The notes under the pieces: generated by a model | Seen by the model: the letters and a program-made list of their open reading frames with translations, nothing else | Told to the model about the DNA's origin: nothing | Database searches by the model: none | Assembly (NCBI GenBank): GCA_963780545.1 | Contig: CAWACK010000016.1 | Location: 92,149-156,148 of the forward strand | DNA from: Candidatus Bathyarchaeota archaeon | GTDB lineage: Archaea; Thermoproteota; Bathyarchaeia; TCS64 | Reading direction: 5' to 3' | DNA length: 64,000 nucleotides | In this document: in pieces, positions 59,710 through 64,000 of the stretch | How positions within the stretch are numbered: the stretch's first letter is position 1 | Layout of the letters: every line of letters starts with the position of its first letter | Translations under genes and position numbers: made by a program

Positions 59710-62180
59710 TTGGCTCCCTCAGGTAGACCCATAGAGATTCTACACGTCGACGATGACCCAATGGTACTCGAGTTCGTCAAAGAGTTCATAAAGCCTCTAT
59801 ACCCGGAAATGACCTTCACAACCGTTGAGTCTCCCAAAGCCGCCCTCGAGCTGCTAGACAAAAGGAGCTTTGACTGTATCATTTTAGACTACAAGATGCC
59901 CGAGATGGATGGCTTAGCCTTCGCCGCGAAAGTTCGTGAGTTCAGTGACACCCCGATCATTCTCTACACGGGGCAGGGAAGCGAGGAGGTAGCGGAACAG
60001 GCATTTGCAGTTGGGGTGGATGATTACATAAGGAAGGAGAATAACCCGGCCCACTACCAGGTTCTTGCGAAGCGGATCGCCTCCGTCGTGGAGAAAAAAC
60101 GGATGGAGGCCAGGAACTATACTTTGGAGAAGAGCACTAGGGAGAAGCTTGAGGCCCTCCATAGGCACGTCACGGGCCTCGCGAACTTCGACACACTCGA
60201 GGGAGTAGCGGAGTATAGCTTCGACATAATTGAGAGGTTACTCGGCTACACTGTGGGATCATTTGGCGTCGTCGAGGATGAATATCTGAAGTTCATCTAT
60301 GCTAGAACTGTCCCATTGGAACACTTACCGCAATATGCCTCTGAACGGAAGAGGGATCACAGTCAGAGCCGTCAAAACCGGCGAGACCCAAATGGTATCG
60401 GATATCCGCTTTGACAGGGATTTTGTGCACCACATTGAGTTATCCGACCTTATATCCGAGCTCGATGTTCCAGTGAAGATCGGAGGTAAAGTAGTCGCTG
60501 TGATAAATCTGGAGAAGGAGCGTCTTAACGCCTTCTCCGATGAGGATAGACGGATAATCGAGATTCTGGGAGAACACGTGGCATCAGCAATTTCCAGAAT
60601 CGAGCATCTTAAGGCAATTAAGGTCTCCGGGGAAACATATCGGAGGCTTCTTGATTCATCTCTTGACTCAGTGCTCCTTTTTTCTGGCACAAAGATCCTC
60701 TACGTGAACCGAAACATGGCTAAGCTCCTCGGCTACGATGATGTATCAGAGCTTATCGGTCAGGATATGACGAACACCGTAACGGATGATGAGAAGGAAC
60801 AGATAAGACAAAGGACGTTGAGCAGGCAGAGGGGAGAGCCTCAGCCTGATAGGTATGAGCTTAAGTTACTCAGAAAAGACGGGAAGATAGTTGAAGCTGA
60901 AGCTGCCGTTTCACTGACGGAATACGAAGGCAAACCGGCTGTCCTGTCATTCGTGAGGGATATCTCCGACAGGAAACGCTACCAGACGAAGCTGTTTCAG
61001 CTTCACGAGACCGCTAAGAAGCTCGCAGGAGCTTCAACTAGAGACGAAATATGGGACACAGCCATAGAAACTGTGAGCCAGATACTCGGCTTCGACTTCG
61101 CCGGGATCGGAATGGTCGAAGGGAACGCTGTCAAGTACATCAGAGCTGTTGGCGTCGATCTCCCAAAGGACTGGAGAATAGACCTCTCCAAGCCAAGCAT
61201 AACCTCTAGGACAATTGAAACGGGAATACCGCAGCTCATCAGAGACACGAGTCTCGACCCTGATTATTTATCTGGGCCAGGGATGGAGAGACGTTCCTCC
61301 GAGCTGGCGACACCAATCATAGTCGATGGGCGTCCAATCGCTATATTGAACATTGAGGGCAACCAGCCATCCATGTTTACTGAGGCCGACCTGAGCCTCA
61401 TACAAATACTTGTTGGCCAAATCTCCTCGGCTCTAGATCGGGTAACTCACTATGAGGAGGATTTCAAAAGAAGGGAGGCTCACCAGCGGAAGCTTCTCGA
61501 GGGTATGGATAGGATGAGCAGCATGGTCCGCCATGACCTCAGGGGGCCACTTCAGACGATTCAGTCGGCCTCCTATATGTTGCGACATAGACCTGATCGA
61601 GCTGAGGAACTTACGCGGAAGATAGATGAGGGTGTAGATTACGCGGTGAGGGTACTCAACGATCTGAATACTATGACTAAGCCCGAGGCGCTAAACAGGG
61701 TCTCGACGAATCTCAGTGAACTGGTTGAGAAGTCCATTGATAACGCGAACATCCCGGCCACTTTAAGGGTTGAGAAGAGATCTGCCTCTCCTAAAACTGG
61801 AGGTTGACCAGTATCGAATCCGTCGATGCATTGACAACCTAATAAAGAACGCAGTCGAGGCAATGCCAGACGGGGGCACTCTAACGTTGAAGGTCGAATC
61901 TATGGATGGAATGGCCCTAATTACGGTAAAGGACACTGGGCGGGGAGTATCAGAGAAGGCTGCCAGAAACATATTCACACCTTTCTATACGACGAAGCCA
62001 ATGGGAACCGGCCTCGGATTGGCTATTTGCAGGCAGGTAGTTGAAGCTCACGGTGGGAGTATTACGTTTGAGTCAAGAGTAGGGGAGGGTACGGAGTTTA
62101 AGGTGGCTCTGCCACTGACGGAGCGTGCTCCATCCGACGGCGAAGGAAGTGGTGAAGTTTCCTTGAGAAATCCGCATTAG
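59710..62180 (+). pseudogene. Hybrid sensor kinase: REC - GAF - PAS - HisKA - HATPase_c, broken into three ORFs (59710-60414, 60299-61807, 61770-62180) by two single-nt frameshifts
   Basis: The REC domain (ILHVDDDPMV...DCIILDYKMPEMDG) uses a TTG start. The GAF domain is split across the first frame change at about 60325-60337 (...YLKFIYARTVPLEH | ...YRNMPLNGRGITVRAVKTGETQMVSD). The PAS domain is ...SVLLFSGTKILYVNRNMAKLLGY.... The H-box is MVRHDLRGPLQTI. The N/G boxes (IDNLIKNAVEAMPDGG...KDTGRGV...GTGLGLAIC) follow the second shift at about 61745-61770. Confidence 0.6.
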
Positions 62181-62273
62181 GAAAAGTCAAACAATCGAAT
62201 AGAGATTACCTTTGGTTCGAGTTAGCGAACGATGTAGAGCTTTGATTTTACGTGCTTCAGTAATAGAAGTATG

Positions 62274-62963
62274 TTAGTCTTTTTTTCTCACTATTTTGAT
62301 TGCGTTGGTTGGACAGGTGCTTGCGCATAGACCGCAGCCGAAACAGTAATCACTGCTTAACGAGATCGAACCGGCGACTAGTTTTCTTGCGCCGAATTGG
62401 CATCGATCAACGCAGAGGCCACACCCAGTGCATATCGAATCATCCGTGACCGATGTCATTTCAGATTTAAGCGCCTGCGGCGCGATGCCGTAGCGGGTTA
62501 TCCCGCCAAGCACGTGACAGCAGCAGGAGCAGCAGCTACATATTATGTCAGGCCTGCCTGCGTTTTGGCTATCGTTGTAGATGTATGCCATGTGAACGAG
62601 GCCCGCATCGTGGGACTTTTTCAAGACAGTAAGTGCCTCATCCTTCGCAACCTCGCGGGGGTGGAGATCCTTATTTTTTTCTGATGTGAGGAACTGCTCC
62701 GCCTTCTCGTCGAGTCCTATGCAGGTTTCGAGTGGATTGTCGCAGTGTTTGAGCTTCTTGCGGCAGCTGCATTCCATCAGCGATATCTTCGTAGCGTCGT
62801 TTAGAAAGTCTTTAACTTTATCGAAGTTCAGGACCACATGATCGGCTTTTATTTCGACGTTAATCGGAACGACTAGTCTGGATTTTATCTTTATTTCCCT
62901 TTCCCTTAACTCTTCGCGTGACCAGTCGTTCTCGAACTTGTATCCTTGTTTTCTGTGGGCCAT
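62274..62963 (-). CDS. Cys-rich Fe-S protein, paralog of 43150-44205 (lacks the N-terminal wHTH-like region)
   Basis: ...ECSCRKKLKHCDNPLETCIGL..., ...IICSCCSCCCHVLGGITRYG..., ...CTGCGLCVDRCQ... and ...CFGCGLCASTCPT... are the same modules in the same order as the 43150 protein. Confidence 0.6.
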   Translation of the reverse strand: MAHRKQGYKFENDWSREELREREIKIKSRLVVPINVEIKADHVVLNFDKVKDFLNDATKISLMECSCRKKLKHCDNPLETCIGLDEKAEQFLTSEKNKDLHPREVAKDEALTVLKKSHDAGLVHMAYIYNDSQNAGRPDIICSCCSCCCHVLGGITRYGIAPQALKSEMTSVTDDSICTGCGLCVDRCQFGARKLVAGSISLSSDYCFGCGLCASTCPTNAIKIVRKKD

Positions 62964-63099
62964 GTTGGGGTGTTAGAGTAACGCTTCTATTTAATCGATG
63001 GCTATTTAGCAATCTTGAGTTTTCCTGCTCATTCGTTGCACTCACTCTTATCAGGGTAACTCTAAAGCTGTGATCAATACTTGACAAGCGAGGAAATTT

Positions 63100-64000
63100 C
63101 TAATCGATTTGTATCGTTTCGCCGTCGTTTATCGGGATTGTTTTTTCGAATTGTTGTTTGAACCAGTCTTTGTTGGCTGTGTGAATTGGGATTATTTTGT
63201 CGGGGTCTATTTGGTCGATGACTTTTATGAGGTCTTCCTGTGATAGGTGGCCTGAGGCGTGGAAGCCCTTGATGAAGTAGGGCTTTTCGTCGTGCATGGT
63301 GTAGCCTACTGGTTTGAGGTTGAAGTATCTGAGCCACTGTGTGAGGCGCTGGAAGTCGAATGTCTGCTCCTCTGTGAAGGCTTCGCTTGAGGAGTAGATG
63401 TAGGATCCTCCGCTTGGCTTGATGTCGAGTAGGTGTTTGAGGTCGAAGAGTGAGAAGCATAGGAGGTACTTTTCTGGGTCTTGTCCTACGGTTAGGTGGC
63501 TTACGTATCGGTCTCCCCATCTCTTCGAGACTACTTCCGTCTCCCACTTGTCCCTAGTGTGGTTGCGGAGCTCGTTGTAGATGCTGATTTTGGAGGTGTC
63601 CATGAGGCACTTTCCGTCGGCGCAGCCGAGGGCATGCAGCATGTAGGCGTCCTTAGGGGTGACGAGGAGGGTCCTACCCGTGTGGTTGGCGATCTCTGTG
63701 AAGGTCTGTAGGCGCTCGAAGTTCCGCGCAGAGAAATCGGCGACAACGAGGCCCTTCTCGGCCTCGGTTGCCTCCTGGCAATTCCTGAGGACGTCCGCCT
63801 CGGTCACTTCCTCGTCGGACTCACGCCCCACACGCGTACCTTCCGTTATGAGGGTTGAGGAGTCCCTAGCAGCTGAGATGAATCTTCTCGTATCCTCTGC
63901 CCCGGATCCGTGTAGCCGGTAGTCTCCCGTGTAGGCTATTGTTGTTTCTCCCCTCAGGATGTATGCGACTGCGCCGAGGATGCTGTGATCGACTGCGTGA
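63100..64000 (-). CDS. MBL-fold / beta-CASP RNase J-like ribonuclease (partial; N-terminus beyond window end)
   Basis: The minus-strand frame continues to the window edge: ...HAVDHSILGAVAYILRGETTIAYTGDYRLHG... is the MBL motif region. ...VVADFSARNFERLQTF...GRTLLVTPKD..., ...GFHASGHLSQEDLIKVIDQIDPDKIIPIHT is the beta-CASP motif C. Confidence 0.7.
   Translation of the reverse strand, partial: HAVDHSILGAVAYILRGETTIAYTGDYRLHGSGAEDTRRFISAARDSSTLITEGTRVGRESDEEVTEADVLRNCQEATEAEKGLVVADFSARNFERLQTFTEIANHTGRTLLVTPKDAYMLHALGCADGKCLMDTSKISIYNELRNHTRDKWETEVVSKRWGDRYVSHLTVGQDPEKYLLCFSLFDLKHLLDIKPSGGSYIYSSSEAFTEEQTFDFQRLTQWLRYFNLKPVGYTMHDEKPYFIKGFHASGHLSQEDLIKVIDQIDPDKIIPIHTANKDWFKQQFEKTIPINDGETIQID

Noticed and set aside
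63074-63547. 157-aa minus-strand ORF in an alternative frame inside the RNase J-like gene
   Set aside because: It is Pro/Arg/His-rich low-complexity translation, while the overlapping frame carries clear MBL/beta-CASP motifs.

Overview
This 64 kb window is a gene-dense chromosomal segment at about 50% GC. Weak or absent Shine-Dalgarno sequences, TATA-like boxes about 25-30 bp upstream of start codons (near-leaderless mRNAs) and oligo-T terminators lean archaeal. This call is tentative: the pfkA-type phosphofructokinase and class II aldolase would be unusual for an archaeon, and no rRNA or tRNA is present to settle it.

Most of the window is housekeeping and catabolic metabolism:
- a succinate dehydrogenase operon (sdhC-like, sdhA, sdhB)
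- a branched-chain aminotransferase and a D-2-hydroxyacid dehydrogenase
- gamma-glutamyltranspeptidase, an M20 peptidase and a crotonase
- a UbiB kinase and a GH13 alpha-glucosidase/trehalose-synthase-like enzyme
- several MFS transporters and a PadR regulator next to a heterodimeric ABC exporter
- two sugar-acid catabolism clusters (UxuA-like and enolase-superfamily dehydratases, a DapA/KDG-aldolase-like enzyme, two RraA-like proteins, an aldo-keto reductase)
- an adjacent pfkA-type phosphofructokinase and class II FBP aldolase, preceded by a stand-alone pyruvate-kinase-C-terminal-like protein
- a REC-GAF-PAS-HisKA-HATPase hybrid sensor kinase

Four features stand out:
1. An AT-rich island of about 4 kb (7741-11785) carries a tyrosine integrase and small HTH proteins. 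It has inserted into, and split, a flavin-reductase-like gene, with an 8-bp direct repeat at both junctions and iteron-like repeats in its right arm.
2. An 1848-aa DUF4011 / SF1 helicase / Vsr(DUF559)-like nuclease / DUF3320 protein (19178-24724) matches the Hhe-like antiviral architecture and carries a long coiled-coil insertion.
3. Two paralogous Fe-S proteins (43150-44205 and 62274-62963) share a Cys-rich signature I cannot assign to a family, followed by two ferredoxin motifs.
4. Palindromic alternating-CG motifs recur in many intergenic regions.

At least eight single-nucleotide frameshifts break otherwise well-conserved genes: the integrase, an MFS transporter, pfk (twice), the enolase-superfamily dehydratase, PhzF, and the hybrid kinase (twice). 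They often sit in homopolymers, so indel-type assembly errors are more likely than widespread pseudogenisation. No CRISPR array, rRNA or tRNA was found.
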